A stretch of 64,000 bases of DNA from a bacterium (GCA_037130265.1 JBAXTI010000001.1:98092-162091), one strand, 5' to 3'. Numbered from the stretch's first letter, positions 19,015-29,078 are shown. Program-made: numbers and translations. Notes: generated by a model from the letters alone, not told the origin.

Positions 19015-21306
19015 ATGGCAGAACGTCCTAAGGCCCCAGAATCATTGACGACGAAATTTAACGCGGTAAACAACTCAGAACAGCTCTGCGCTGCTTTAGA
19101 CGCGATTCCAGCCACGACAACTTTTTTGATCACCGACGTGCCACGTGGTCAGGATATTGCACCAGGTGACAAGGGGGCGGTTATTAAATTGGTACAGCAA
19201 CTTTTTGAATTTGCCGATGCCTCCACGATGCGTACCGATTCGGATATTACTGGCCGAACTTCTTTCCTCGAACAGTTAATTAAGGAAAGCGTCATCGAAG
19301 ATGGTGAAGAAGCACTCAGTCTCATAAAAGCAATTCAACGAGCGATGCTTAGTGAATTTCCGGAGTATGGAGATGGAGCAGTGTCTGGACAGCCAACTTC
19401 TCCGACCCCAGGCGTACCGCAGCCGACTCCAGGCGAAGTCCTGGTTTTGCCAGCGGCATTTGAATTCAATGATGTGGCAAGGGACGCTCTGGGGGCTTTG
19501 GGTTGGCCAGTAGAAATGATTGATCGATTGACTCCTGAAAAAGCCGAGAAGATATTGAAAGAACAAAAGCCTTATGTTGTTTTGAAAAAGGTGCCGGCAG
19601 CTCCTAAGGTGGCGCCGACTGTTCCACCCCAACCCACTCCAAAAGCACGTCCCTCGGCTCAAAAACCAGCCGCACCTAGTGCGCCAGCCGTTCTACTGAC
19701 ACCGAAAGGTCAGGCAGCTGCTGATCTTTCGAGACTTTTGCCTAAAAAGCCAGAAGTTGTTGTTGCGGCTGCGGCTACATCTGCGACAGGCGCGCCTGCG
19801 GCCCCTGGCATTGAAACTATTGCGACCGTCTTTGACAGCCCGGAATTTCGCGCGTTCATCGCGAAAACACCGAATGCTCAGGAACTTATGTTGAGGCAGG
19901 ACATGGCCGAGATCGGTTTGTATAAAAAAGCTTTTGAAATAAAAGACAAGTTGGCCACTGACCTGTATGTGCTTGCCAACGGCGCAATCAAGGGCGACTT
20001 CCTTCTTGATTTTGAGAACTCCGCTTCGAATCTGCCAAAAAACGGCAAAGCGGAATTTCAGAAGTATGTAGATGCTGAGGCGCTCGAGCGACCAGAACAG
20101 CTGTTGAATCTCGCCACTCAGCTCGAGACACGACAGGTTTTAGAGAAAAATATCGGTACTGCAAAGGCTGAGTTTGAGCGTCTTGGTGGGAAAGATCTCT
20201 TTGATAAGGCAGAACGTGAGGCTGCTGAAATGAAGCAGCACCTTGAGCGCGCTCACGAGAGCACTCGCCGCGACTCGTTGGTGGGATATGTGCCACACGG
20301 TCTGCATCTCGCTTACCTGAGGTTGTCACATTGGGTGTATGAGCGGTGGGCCGGATGGGAGGGGCAGACCGAAGCTACAGTGAAAGCGGATTTTGAACAG
20401 CAGCGAAAGGATTTCTTGATTAAACACCCGGAAGCCACGCTCACGCCATCAGAAAGATCTGATCTAAACAAGATTACTCAGAATGAAATCGTGAAGCTTG
20501 CTGGCCTCAAAGAGCATCAAAAATTAGGGGAGAGAATGGTGGAGGTTTCGGAGTGGGGTGTATCCCGTGAGAAATTGAAGGGGGGCAGCGTTAAGCTCGG
20601 TCTCGGCAGTCTCACTAGCTATAGTCCGTCGTGGTGGACTGCACATCCTGATATTGCCCGTGAGTTAGACGCGGTGAACGGTCGGCTTGCTGATATTCGT
20701 CAGAGGAAGCAGACGATCGAGCAGGCAGAAAAAAATCTTGCGGACATCACTGCAAGCTTTGAGACGATCCGCACTTCGGTATATGCTGAATTGCCACCGA
20801 CTATTGCATTGGTTCGATATGCCCAGGTCCAGATCAAAAATACCCTCACTTCCTTTACGGCGGATACGGCAGTGGAGGATCTGCAGAGAATTTACGATTA
20901 CGCCATCTTCCTCGGCGAGAATCAGCGTCAGAGCTCTGATGTTGGAAAAAATACAGGCAAGAGTGCTTTTGCTCTAATGAATACCGCTGAGGTCCGTGTT
21001 GCTGAGAACAAAATCCATGAAGCCATCGTCGCCCAATGGGGGAGGCAGGTACTCGACGTTTTTGCAAAGACTAATTTGAATAAGAAGGGTGCAGGTGCCG
21101 AAATGGAAAAGACGATCAAGGCACTATTGAAGAAGGAGGCGATCGGACAGTACAGAAATGAGGACGAAAAGATCGCTGTCGTGAAAGCTCTTCTTGTTGA
21201 GGCTTTCAAAAAAATCGATCCGGCTAAGGGCGATGGTCAGGAGCGGCGTTTGGTACTCATGGGTGTGATGATTAATTGCGGTCTGTTGAAGCCAGGTGAA
21301 AAATAA
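19015..21306 (+). CDS. Large hypothetical protein (Pro/Ala-rich linkers, coiled coils)
   Basis: 763-aa ORF with a -10 box just upstream; no family recognised. Confidence 0.75.
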   Translation: MAERPKAPESLTTKFNAVNNSEQLCAALDAIPATTTFLITDVPRGQDIAPGDKGAVIKLVQQLFEFADASTMRTDSDITGRTSFLEQLIKESVIEDGEEALSLIKAIQRAMLSEFPEYGDGAVSGQPTSPTPGVPQPTPGEVLVLPAAFEFNDVARDALGALGWPVEMIDRLTPEKAEKILKEQKPYVVLKKVPAAPKVAPTVPPQPTPKARPSAQKPAAPSAPAVLLTPKGQAAADLSRLLPKKPEVVVAAAATSATGAPAAPGIETIATVFDSPEFRAFIAKTPNAQELMLRQDMAEIGLYKKAFEIKDKLATDLYVLANGAIKGDFLLDFENSASNLPKNGKAEFQKYVDAEALERPEQLLNLATQLETRQVLEKNIGTAKAEFERLGGKDLFDKAEREAAEMKQHLERAHESTRRDSLVGYVPHGLHLAYLRLSHWVYERWAGWEGQTEATVKADFEQQRKDFLIKHPEATLTPSERSDLNKITQNEIVKLAGLKEHQKLGERMVEVSEWGVSREKLKGGSVKLGLGSLTSYSPSWWTAHPDIARELDAVNGRLADIRQRKQTIEQAEKNLADITASFETIRTSVYAELPPTIALVRYAQVQIKNTLTSFTADTAVEDLQRIYDYAIFLGENQRQSSDVGKNTGKSAFALMNTAEVRVAENKIHEAIVAQWGRQVLDVFAKTNLNKKGAGAEMEKTIKALLKKEAIGQYRNEDEKIAVVKALLVEAFKKIDPAKGDGQERRLVLMGVMINCGLLKPGEK

Positions 21307-21315
21307 CCACATAAT

Positions 21316-21684
21316 ATGGCACCAAGAAAGAACAATTCAAGCGTCCCGTCAAAGGTTTTTGCGAAGCGTTCCGCTGGTACGGGTCGTGTTGGTGTTGCGA
21401 AAAAAGCCGACTTTTCGAAGCTTTCCGAACTCGTCGAAAAGCGCGACATGGTTGGGGCGCAGGCACTCATCGATGATTTGATGAAAAAGAAGCTCACCGA
21501 GGCTGAAAAGGCGCGGATTCATATGGATATGCTCTCGACCTATCTCGAAGTGTCGAACGAGCTCAACAAGCACTATCTCGCGGAGCTTGAGGATGTGGTG
21601 GCTTTCATGAAAGAGTTGAAAAAGGAGGAAAAGGTGGTCTCTGAGGAGCTTGCTTTGGCAAAGGTGCGTGCGAAGCTTGGCTAG
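21316..21684 (+). CDS. Hypothetical helical protein
   Basis: 122-aa ORF 9 nt after the previous stop. Confidence 0.7.
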   Translation: MAPRKNNSSVPSKVFAKRSAGTGRVGVAKKADFSKLSELVEKRDMVGAQALIDDLMKKKLTEAEKARIHMDMLSTYLEVSNELNKHYLAELEDVVAFMKELKKEEKVVSEELALAKVRAKLG

Positions 21685-21745
21685 AAATGTGGTTGGTGTT
21701 TGCTGAGCGGTTGGTGGCAGGTGAGGCTCGGTATATAATACAGAC

Positions 21746-24502
21746 ATGAATCCCGGTCCTGAAGCGTTGCACACCCCTGAGCAAGAGCTCGCTTTTTTGC
21801 GTGAGCAGGTGTCGCAGAAGGAGCGCGAGCTTCGCGAGCGCGGGGAGGCGCAGCCCCTGCAAGAGCGGGTGATGAAGGAAAAGCTTGTCGAATACCAGGG
21901 GCTTCCGACTGAAAAGGTGCTCGCCCCAGATCATCGTCTCACTCCGGCAGCGTCTGAGGCGATCGTGCTGAATATTGCTCCCGAAGCACATGACGAAAAG
22001 ATGGCGGAGCTCCTCGCTGTCCTTCAAAAGCATGGTTTGAAAAACGCCCTCGATGTCGTTGAAAAGTTGAAAAATCCGCACCTCGAGGACGATTTTCATC
22101 GCTTTGTAATCCAATACATCAAGGCCGGCCATCGCGTTGATCAAATGAATCCAAAAGAAGCGATTTCCAAGGCGTTGAAAATGACATTGTACGAGATCGC
22201 ACTTCCAGAGCGTGACGGTGAAGCGCCAGAAAAGTCGCTCAAGGAGCTCGTGTCTTCGATGGAGCAGTTTTACTCCGGTATGTCTTCCGTCGCCGATGAT
22301 GACGACACTTCTGCGCACTACTTCACTATTGAGCTTGCTGTTTCCAATTATAGTGACGAATTCGTATTTTATATGGCGGTGCCGGATACGAAGCGAGATT
22401 TGTTTGAGAAGCAGATTTTGGGTATTTTTCATAACGCACGCATCACTGAAAAGAATGACGACTACAACATCTTCTCTGAGAAGGGGGTCGTGGCTGGCTC
22501 GGCGATAGGGTTGGACAAGAAGCCAGCACTGCCGATAAAAATGTATGACCAGTTTGATCACGATCCACTCAATGTTATTCTGAACACATTTTCAAAGATC
22601 AAGCGCGACGGCGAGGGCGCGGCACTTCAGATAGTGTGCATGCCGGTAAAAGACGACTTTTATTTGAAGCGATATCGACGAGCCATCGAACGTATCGAGA
22701 AGGGAGTGAAGACAAAAGACGCGATCGACTTTCCTGACACTTTTTTCGACCACTTTAGCCACATTTTCAAGGGTTCAACTGCGCCAAAAAAGCCAAAGGA
22801 AGGCGAAAAATCAGACATCCGTGTGGATGATGCGGCGATTGAGGAGATCAAGCGAAAGCTCGAAAGTCCGACCATGCTCACCAATGTCCGTCTGATGGTG
22901 TCAGCTGATACCGACACCGCGGCAGAGCGTATTTTGAGCGACATGGAGTCGGCGTTCAATCAATTCCAAAACACACAAGGTAATCGCTTCACTTTCGAGC
23001 GCATGAAGAAGGGTAGATTGCAGAAATTTGTCGATGCGTTCGCGTATCGTCTGTATGACGAGGATACGAAATTGGCATTGAGTCTTCGTGAGCTCACTAC
23101 GGTGATGCATTTACCGGCGACCGTCTTGAAATCGGCGCCGCAACTAAAGATTTCTAAGGCAGGTACCGCACCTGCGCCGCTTGATTTGCCGAAGGGAGGT
23201 ATCTTGCTGGGCGTGAATGAATTCCGCAACATGAAGACGGATATCCACATGACTCCGGAAGACCGCCTTCGCCACTTCTATGTTATTGGTCAGACTGGTA
23301 CTGGTAAGACGAGTTTGTTGAAGAATATGATCGTGCAGGATATCAAAAATGGCGACGGTGTCTGCTTCATCGATCCGCATGGCAGCGATATTCAGGATAT
23401 TCTCGCGAAGATTCCGAAGGAGCGCTACGAAGACGTTATCTATTTCGATCCGGCATACACCGAGCGACCGATGGGTTTGAACATGCTCCAGTACGATCCT
23501 CGCTTCCCAGAGCAGAAGACCTTTGTGGTCAATGAAATGCTCTCTATCTTCAACAAGCTCTTCGATATGAAGACGGCGGGTGGTCCGATGTTTGAGCAGT
23601 ATTTTCGTAATGCCGTGCTTTTGACTATCGACGATCCGTCTTCTGGCGGGACGTTGCTCGATGTGTCACGTGTGTTGTCGTCGAAGATTTTCCGCGAGCA
23701 AAAATTGCTGAAATGTACCAATCCAGTAGTGACCCAATTCTGGAGAGAGGTGGCGGAGAAGGCGGGTGGGGAGTCGTCTTTGGCAAATATCGTGCCGTAT
23801 GTGGTGAGCAAGTTTGATACATTTTTGAGTAACGACATCATGCGGCCGGTGATCGCACAGGAGAAGTCGACCTTCAATTTCCGTGAGATCATGGATACCA
23901 AGAAGATTTTGTTGGTGAATTTGTCGAAGGGTCGCTTGGGCGATATCAATGCCAATTTGATCGGCCTTATTTTGGTGGGCAAGATTTTGATGGCCGCTTT
24001 GTCACGCGCGGATTCGCTCAATGGGCAGGCAGGAGCGCCGCAGATGCCGCCATTCTATCTGTATATTGATGAGTTCCAGAATGTGACCACCGATTCGATC
24101 TCGGTTATCCTGTCTGAGGCACGAAAGTACAAGCTCAGTTTGAATATTGCACACCAATTCATCGCGCAGCTCCAAGAGGGGATTAAAAATTCTGTGTTTG
24201 GCAACGTCGGATCGATCGCGGCGTTCCGCGTTGGCGCTGAAGATGCGGAGTATTTGGAGAAGCAGTTTGCGCCGGTATTTACGGCCAAGGACAGCATGAA
24301 TGTCGACAATTATCAGGCATACGTGAAGCTGTTGGCTGGTGGCCGGCCGGTGAAGCCGTTCAGCATGCAACTCGTCGCACCGCAACCCGGCCGGCCGGAT
24401 CAGATAGAAAACCTCAAGCAGCTTTCGTACATGAAATTCGGCCGCAATAAGGCCGATGTCGAAGCCGAGATTTTATTAAAGTATCAGAAAAAGAACGCAT
24501 AA
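21746..24502 (+). CDS. VirD4/TraD/TrwB-like (HerA-FtsK superfamily) ATPase
   Basis: RH.YVIGQTGTGKT Walker A, IDPHG, LYIDEFQN Walker B, SEARKY. Confidence 0.85.
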   Translation: MNPGPEALHTPEQELAFLREQVSQKERELRERGEAQPLQERVMKEKLVEYQGLPTEKVLAPDHRLTPAASEAIVLNIAPEAHDEKMAELLAVLQKHGLKNALDVVEKLKNPHLEDDFHRFVIQYIKAGHRVDQMNPKEAISKALKMTLYEIALPERDGEAPEKSLKELVSSMEQFYSGMSSVADDDDTSAHYFTIELAVSNYSDEFVFYMAVPDTKRDLFEKQILGIFHNARITEKNDDYNIFSEKGVVAGSAIGLDKKPALPIKMYDQFDHDPLNVILNTFSKIKRDGEGAALQIVCMPVKDDFYLKRYRRAIERIEKGVKTKDAIDFPDTFFDHFSHIFKGSTAPKKPKEGEKSDIRVDDAAIEEIKRKLESPTMLTNVRLMVSADTDTAAERILSDMESAFNQFQNTQGNRFTFERMKKGRLQKFVDAFAYRLYDEDTKLALSLRELTTVMHLPATVLKSAPQLKISKAGTAPAPLDLPKGGILLGVNEFRNMKTDIHMTPEDRLRHFYVIGQTGTGKTSLLKNMIVQDIKNGDGVCFIDPHGSDIQDILAKIPKERYEDVIYFDPAYTERPMGLNMLQYDPRFPEQKTFVVNEMLSIFNKLFDMKTAGGPMFEQYFRNAVLLTIDDPSSGGTLLDVSRVLSSKIFREQKLLKCTNPVVTQFWREVAEKAGGESSLANIVPYVVSKFDTFLSNDIMRPVIAQEKSTFNFREIMDTKKILLVNLSKGRLGDINANLIGLILVGKILMAALSRADSLNGQAGAPQMPPFYLYIDEFQNVTTDSISVILSEARKYKLSLNIAHQFIAQLQEGIKNSVFGNVGSIAAFRVGAEDAEYLEKQFAPVFTAKDSMNVDNYQAYVKLLAGGRPVKPFSMQLVAPQPGRPDQIENLKQLSYMKFGRNKADVEAEILLKYQKKNA

Positions 24503-24538
24503 ATAGAGACCGTAAGATTATTCAGAAATATCCTACCC

Positions 24539-25162
24539 ATGCCACACACCAACATTCAAAAATACAAATACGAACGCACTTTGGTGGTTATCAAGCCTGA
24601 CGGCATCCAACGCGCTCTCATCGGTGAAATCATCCAGCGATATGAACGCACTGGATTGAAAATGACTGGCCTCAAGATGCTCGTCCCAAAGCCGGATTTT
24701 ATCGAGAAACACTACACGCTCGACCCAGAGTGGCGTCGTCTGACGGGGGAGAAGAATATCAAGGGGTACGAGGCGAAGGGGTTGGTCCATCCGCACAAGG
24801 ATGACCCTCTCAAGGTGACTGAGATCATTCTCCAGAAGCTCAAGAAATACCTATCGAGCGGGCCGGTCATCGCGATGGTGTGGCAGGGTGCGCATGCCGT
24901 GCAGATCGTGCGCAAGCTCACTGGTAGCACTGAACCATTGATGTCTGATGTCGGTACGATTCGCGGCGACTTCGTGTTGGATTCGTACAAGATCTCAGAC
25001 GATGACACACGGGCCGTGCGCAACCTCGTCCATTCGTCTGGATCGGTGAAAGAGGCAGAAGACGAAATTGCTCATTGGTTCTCGCAGGACGAAATTATCA
25101 CCTACAAAACGGTGCAGGAACGCATTCTTTACGACGTGAATCTTGACGGCATCCTCGACTAG
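24539..25162 (+). CDS. ndk: Nucleoside diphosphate kinase
   Basis: ERTLVVIKPDG, GTIRGDF, NLVHSS. Confidence 0.96.
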   Translation: MPHTNIQKYKYERTLVVIKPDGIQRALIGEIIQRYERTGLKMTGLKMLVPKPDFIEKHYTLDPEWRRLTGEKNIKGYEAKGLVHPHKDDPLKVTEIILQKLKKYLSSGPVIAMVWQGAHAVQIVRKLTGSTEPLMSDVGTIRGDFVLDSYKISDDDTRAVRNLVHSSGSVKEAEDEIAHWFSQDEIITYKTVQERILYDVNLDGILD

Positions 25163-25227
25163 TTTCCGATTGTTGTTTCGCGCACTGGAACTGCTTGCAT
25201 CGCCAAAAGGGAGGCATATAATTGCAG

Positions 25228-25372
25228 TAGGGTTATTTCCAGTATTAACTCTATAACACATATTAAGGGAGATTTAATTGTTCGGATCTCGATGAGCGCT
25301 TCGGTGTTCTGACAGAACCGACTGCGATCACCCACCTGGCTTAGGCTGGGTAAATACTGACTAATAACCCTA
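25228..25372 (+). ncRNA. Probable 6S RNA (SsrS-like)
   Basis: TTGCAT-16-TATAAT promoter (25195-25222); 5' tagggttatt..cagtatt pairs with 3' aatactg..aataacccta; A-rich central bubble; UUCG apical hairpin; terminator at 25381-25414; no ORF. Confidence 0.6.
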
Positions 25373-25482
25373 TGAAGAACCCGTCCTTGGCACGAAGCCG
25401 AGCGACGGATTTTTCATATCCAAAAATCAAACATGATGGCATCAAATTGGCATTGCCGAGCCGATTGGGATAGGATAGCGGG

Positions 25483-26136
25483 GTGAAACAACAGGCCCAA
25501 AATGACCCAAAAACCGCTGAAATCAGAGCATCTTTTTGGGCACTTCTGCCACTGGCCATGGGCCTCGTTTTGTTCGTGGTGAACCCATTTTCGCCCTTAG
25601 AAGCCCCGGAAATCAATGTCGATAATGTTTCAGCACTTGGCACCCAAAACCCCGGTACGTTGCCTGTAGACTACTCAGGCATGCCCCTACAGCTCCGGAT
25701 CCAGAGGATCGGCGTGGATGCACCATTTGAGCCGGTCGGCGTGTTGGCAGACGGCAGTATGGGGGTGCCAAAACAGCCTGAGCGAGTGGGGTGGTATGCC
25801 TTCGGTCCAAGACCAGGCGAGCGTGGCAGTGCTGTGGTGGCTGGGCATCGTGGGTGGAAAAATGGCATGGCGGTGTTCGACCGACTGAGCGAGCTCCGCG
25901 CCGGCGATACTATTTTGGTGGCTGATGCGGAAAATGTTTGGCATACGTTTATCGTGCGCGGGAGCAAGGTGTTTGATCCGACACAGGATACTGAAGAGGT
26001 GTTTAGGCGCGCTGGCGTGAGTGGACGAAGTGGAAAAAACGGCGTCTTTCTCAACCTCATCACTTGCGAAGGCGAATGGGATCGCTCAGCCGGACAATTC
26101 ACCAAGCGCCTCGTGGTGTTTGCGGAGGGGATTTAG
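25483..26136 (+). CDS. Class F sortase
   Basis: N-terminal TM, PGERGSAVVAGH, LITC, downstream Arg (RLVVFA). Confidence 0.9.
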   Translation: MKQQAQNDPKTAEIRASFWALLPLAMGLVLFVVNPFSPLEAPEINVDNVSALGTQNPGTLPVDYSGMPLQLRIQRIGVDAPFEPVGVLADGSMGVPKQPERVGWYAFGPRPGERGSAVVAGHRGWKNGMAVFDRLSELRAGDTILVADAENVWHTFIVRGSKVFDPTQDTEEVFRRAGVSGRSGKNGVFLNLITCEGEWDRSAGQFTKRLVVFAEGI

Positions 26137-26240
26137 CGCCGCAGACATCATTTCGATTTTATTGAAACTTCATCATTTCTTCATCATTTCTTTATCGGTT
26201 CTTAGCAGTTTCTCTATTGTCATTTTGCTAGACTTTCTGA

Positions 26241-26732
26241 GTGGCTTATCAGAAGGAAAATAACTACGCGTTTATTGATACCCAGAATCTTATTTGTGGA
26301 GTGGAGAGGCTTGGTTGGATGGTGGACTTCGAAAAACTACATCGATACCTTTCTGATAAGTATCGAGTGACGAAGGCCTTCCTTTTTGTCGGATATTTGG
26401 ATAATTTTAAAGACACTTACGCTTTCCTACAAAAAATCGGATACACTTTATGTTTTAAGCCGGTTTCCGGTGGCGATGGTGGTGGTCTGAAGGCTAATAT
26501 CGATGCCGATTTGGTCCTAAAAGCTGTGCTGGAAAAAGACAATTACACAAAGGCCGTGATTATAAGTGGTGACGGAGACTTCTATTCCTTGGTCGAACAT
26601 CTTCGCAAAGAGAGCAAGCTTAAAATGATACTCTGCCCAGATTCCAAAAGATGTTCTATTCTGTTGCGGCGCTCTGCAGGAGGGTTGTTGGAGGGTCTGG
26701 AGAGGGAGAGCCGTGAAATAGGGAGGTTTTAA
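26241..26732 (+). CDS. NYN-domain (LabA/DUF88, PIN-like) protein
   Basis: AFIDTQNL, KANIDADLV, IISGDGDF. Confidence 0.9.
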   Translation: MAYQKENNYAFIDTQNLICGVERLGWMVDFEKLHRYLSDKYRVTKAFLFVGYLDNFKDTYAFLQKIGYTLCFKPVSGGDGGGLKANIDADLVLKAVLEKDNYTKAVIISGDGDFYSLVEHLRKESKLKMILCPDSKRCSILLRRSAGGLLEGLERESREIGRF

Positions 26733-26733
26733 A

Positions 26734-26827
26734 ATGAAAAAGCACCGCGTGGACACGCAGTACTCACGAAATGCTTTTTCGTCGTAACGAACAAGATAAT
26801 AATAGCAACCTCCGTTTTTAAAGTCAA
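26734..26827 (-). ncRNA. Putative ~60-nt small RNA convergent on the NYN gene (interval includes its promoter)
   Basis: Minus-strand TTGACT(26827-26822)-17-TGcTATTAT(26804-26799), then a gaaaaagca...tgctttttc hairpin ending in a U-tract. Confidence 0.45.
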
Positions 26828-26871
26828 ACGTCCGCCACATTCGTGAGTAAAACTTTGCTATACTTATCTCT

Positions 26872-28302
26872 ATGAACGAACAAGTCAGTAAACCGCGAAT
26901 CACATTTTATGGCGGGGTGGGGGTGGTGACGGGCGCGAATTTTTTGCTGGAGACACTCGACTCAGCGACGGGTACTGCCGGCGTCTCTGCTGGCAAGCGC
27001 ATCCTTGTGGATTGCGGCCTCGAGCAAGGTTCGCCTGAATCATCGCGACGCAATCGCAAGGCTTTCGAATACGACCCCGCTGGCATTGATTTTCTTTTCA
27101 TTACCCACGCTCACCTTGACCATGTCGGACGCATCGGCAAGCTGGTGAAGGACGGTTTTCGCGGCGTTATCTATTCGACTCCTGAAACCAAAGCATTGGC
27201 GGAGCTCATCATGGAGGATGCCGTAGGTCTCCTTGCTCGCGAAGCACAGCGTGGCGGTGTGTTGCCGCTCTATGAGGCGAAGGATGTCGGGGAGGCGATT
27301 GGTATGTGGAAGACGATCGAGTATTACACACATTTCCCAGTGTGCGAAGGTGTGTCGGTGTACCTTCGTGATGCGGGACACATTCTCGGATCAGCGATGA
27401 TCGAATTCACCCTCGCTCTCGCTTCCGGCGAAAAGCGAAAGGTGCTGTTCACTGGCGATCTCGGCAACTCGCCGACACCACTATTGAAAGATACTGAGTC
27501 GATAGAGAATTCTGGCGCCGACTATCTCGTGATGGAGAGTGTGTATGGCGACCGCAATCATGAGCCGGTTGAGGAGCGCAAGGAAAAATTGAAGCGCGTG
27601 ATCAACGAAACGGTGGCGCGTCGCGGGGTGGTGGTGATCCCTGCATTTTCTGTCGAGCGTACGCAGGTGATTTTGTATGAGCTCAACAACATGGTGGATT
27701 GCGGGCAGATTCCAAGCGTGCCGGTCTATGTCGACTCACCATTGGCGATTAAGGTCACCGATATCTACAAAAAATCGACACGCTTTTTCAATCAGGCGGC
27801 GCAGGCTGATGCGAGTGAGGGCGATCATCAGCTATTCAATTTTCCACGCCTCAAATATGTGCCAACCAACGAAGCTTCTCGAGCGATCGAAAATATGCCT
27901 GGTCCAAAGGTGATCATTGCTGGTTCTGGTATGTCTGCTGGCGGGCGCGTGATTCGTCACGAGGCGGAATACTTGCCGGATGAAAAGAATACGATTTTAC
28001 TCGTGGGATATCAAAGTGTCGGCACACTTGGGCGCCAGCTCCTCGACGGACACAAGACGGTGCGGATCAACGAACGCGATATCCGCGTGAAGGCGCACAT
28101 CGAAACAATCTACGGCTACTCCTCACACAAGGACTCGGATCATCTTGTGGAATTTGTTGGCGAGACTGCGTCGTCGTTGAAGAAGGTGTTCGTGGCGATG
28201 GGGGAGCCGAAGGCGTCGCTCTTTTTGGTGCAGAAGTTGCGGGACAATGTTGGGGTGGATGCGGTGATGCCCGAGCGAGTGGTTGCATACGAAATTAAGT
28301 AA
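26872..28302 (+). CDS. MBL-fold beta-CASP RNase (YSH1-like)
   Basis: VDCG, THAHLDHVG, AGHILGS, FTGDLG, MESVYG, SGM..GGR, SSHKD. Confidence 0.93.
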   Translation: MNEQVSKPRITFYGGVGVVTGANFLLETLDSATGTAGVSAGKRILVDCGLEQGSPESSRRNRKAFEYDPAGIDFLFITHAHLDHVGRIGKLVKDGFRGVIYSTPETKALAELIMEDAVGLLAREAQRGGVLPLYEAKDVGEAIGMWKTIEYYTHFPVCEGVSVYLRDAGHILGSAMIEFTLALASGEKRKVLFTGDLGNSPTPLLKDTESIENSGADYLVMESVYGDRNHEPVEERKEKLKRVINETVARRGVVVIPAFSVERTQVILYELNNMVDCGQIPSVPVYVDSPLAIKVTDIYKKSTRFFNQAAQADASEGDHQLFNFPRLKYVPTNEASRAIENMPGPKVIIAGSGMSAGGRVIRHEAEYLPDEKNTILLVGYQSVGTLGRQLLDGHKTVRINERDIRVKAHIETIYGYSSHKDSDHLVEFVGETASSLKKVFVAMGEPKASLFLVQKLRDNVGVDAVMPERVVAYEIK

Positions 28303-28330
28303 ACAGTCTATATTCTCGATAGGTCAATAG

Positions 28331-29029
28331 TTATTCGCTCAATACGAATTCATAACAATAGCGGTCGCCTAGCACTCCGCAACTTTTTGCATTAGGAAAC
28401 TGTTCCATGAAGATTTCAGAGGCAGAATTTTCAAAAAATACTTTGAGATAGAAGATGGGTTTTTCGGAAATAATCGCTAATCTTTCCTGGTAACTTTTTC
28501 CATCGAGTGGATCTGTTGGAATTTTACTAATATTTTTTGGTTCAAGTTCGGATAGTGATTGTGGAAGGCGTCCATTGCTGTCAGAATATAAAATTGTTGC
28601 AAGGTTTAGGGTTTTTACATCTGATTTCCTCTTGTCGTCTCTTGTCTTCATCTGTAATCTCTGTTCAGCTTCATCTGCACTGGTTTCCTGTCCCTGTCGG
28701 ATCGATGTCGTTGAAGGGGTCATTGTTACTGCCTTGAAAATTACAGAGAGTAAAATGGTCCCAATGACACCAAACATAATTAATAACGTAAGCCAATTAG
28801 TCCACCTTGCTGCGGGCGGTAGTGGACTAATTGTGGACTCTGTTGCCATCTTTTTGTATCTAAGTATTCTGAATAAGATATATAAAAGGAAGACTGGTAT
28901 GGAGCCGAAGAAGACCAGAGTTGACCAAAGTCCGGGAATGACTGAAACACCCCGTGCTCTGAATTTTTTTGCATCTTGATGGACCCATGTTGCCAGGCAG
29001 ATGTTGATTATGAAGTAGAGTAGTTTCAT
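28331..29029 (-). CDS. Membrane protein with C-terminal pilin/GspG-like globular domain
   Basis: Three hydrophobic segments, then RDDKRKSDVK...LY....GRLP.SL.EL....I..IPTDP, which resembles the pilin at 54465; AT-rich. Confidence 0.6.
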   Translation of the reverse strand: MKLLYFIINICLATWVHQDAKKFRARGVSVIPGLWSTLVFFGSIPVFLLYILFRILRYKKMATESTISPLPPAARWTNWLTLLIMFGVIGTILLSVIFKAVTMTPSTTSIRQGQETSADEAEQRLQMKTRDDKRKSDVKTLNLATILYSDSNGRLPQSLSELEPKNISKIPTDPLDGKSYQERLAIISEKPIFYLKVFFENSASEIFMEQFPNAKSCGVLGDRYCYEFVLSE

Positions 29030-29078
29030 GGTTTCTTGTATAAGTTGGTAGTCGCCTAATTATACACGCCAATGAATC

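Noticed and set aside
21746-24502. Conjugative element
   Set aside because: Only a coupling-protein-like ATPase is present; no relaxase, VirB genes or identifiable oriT.
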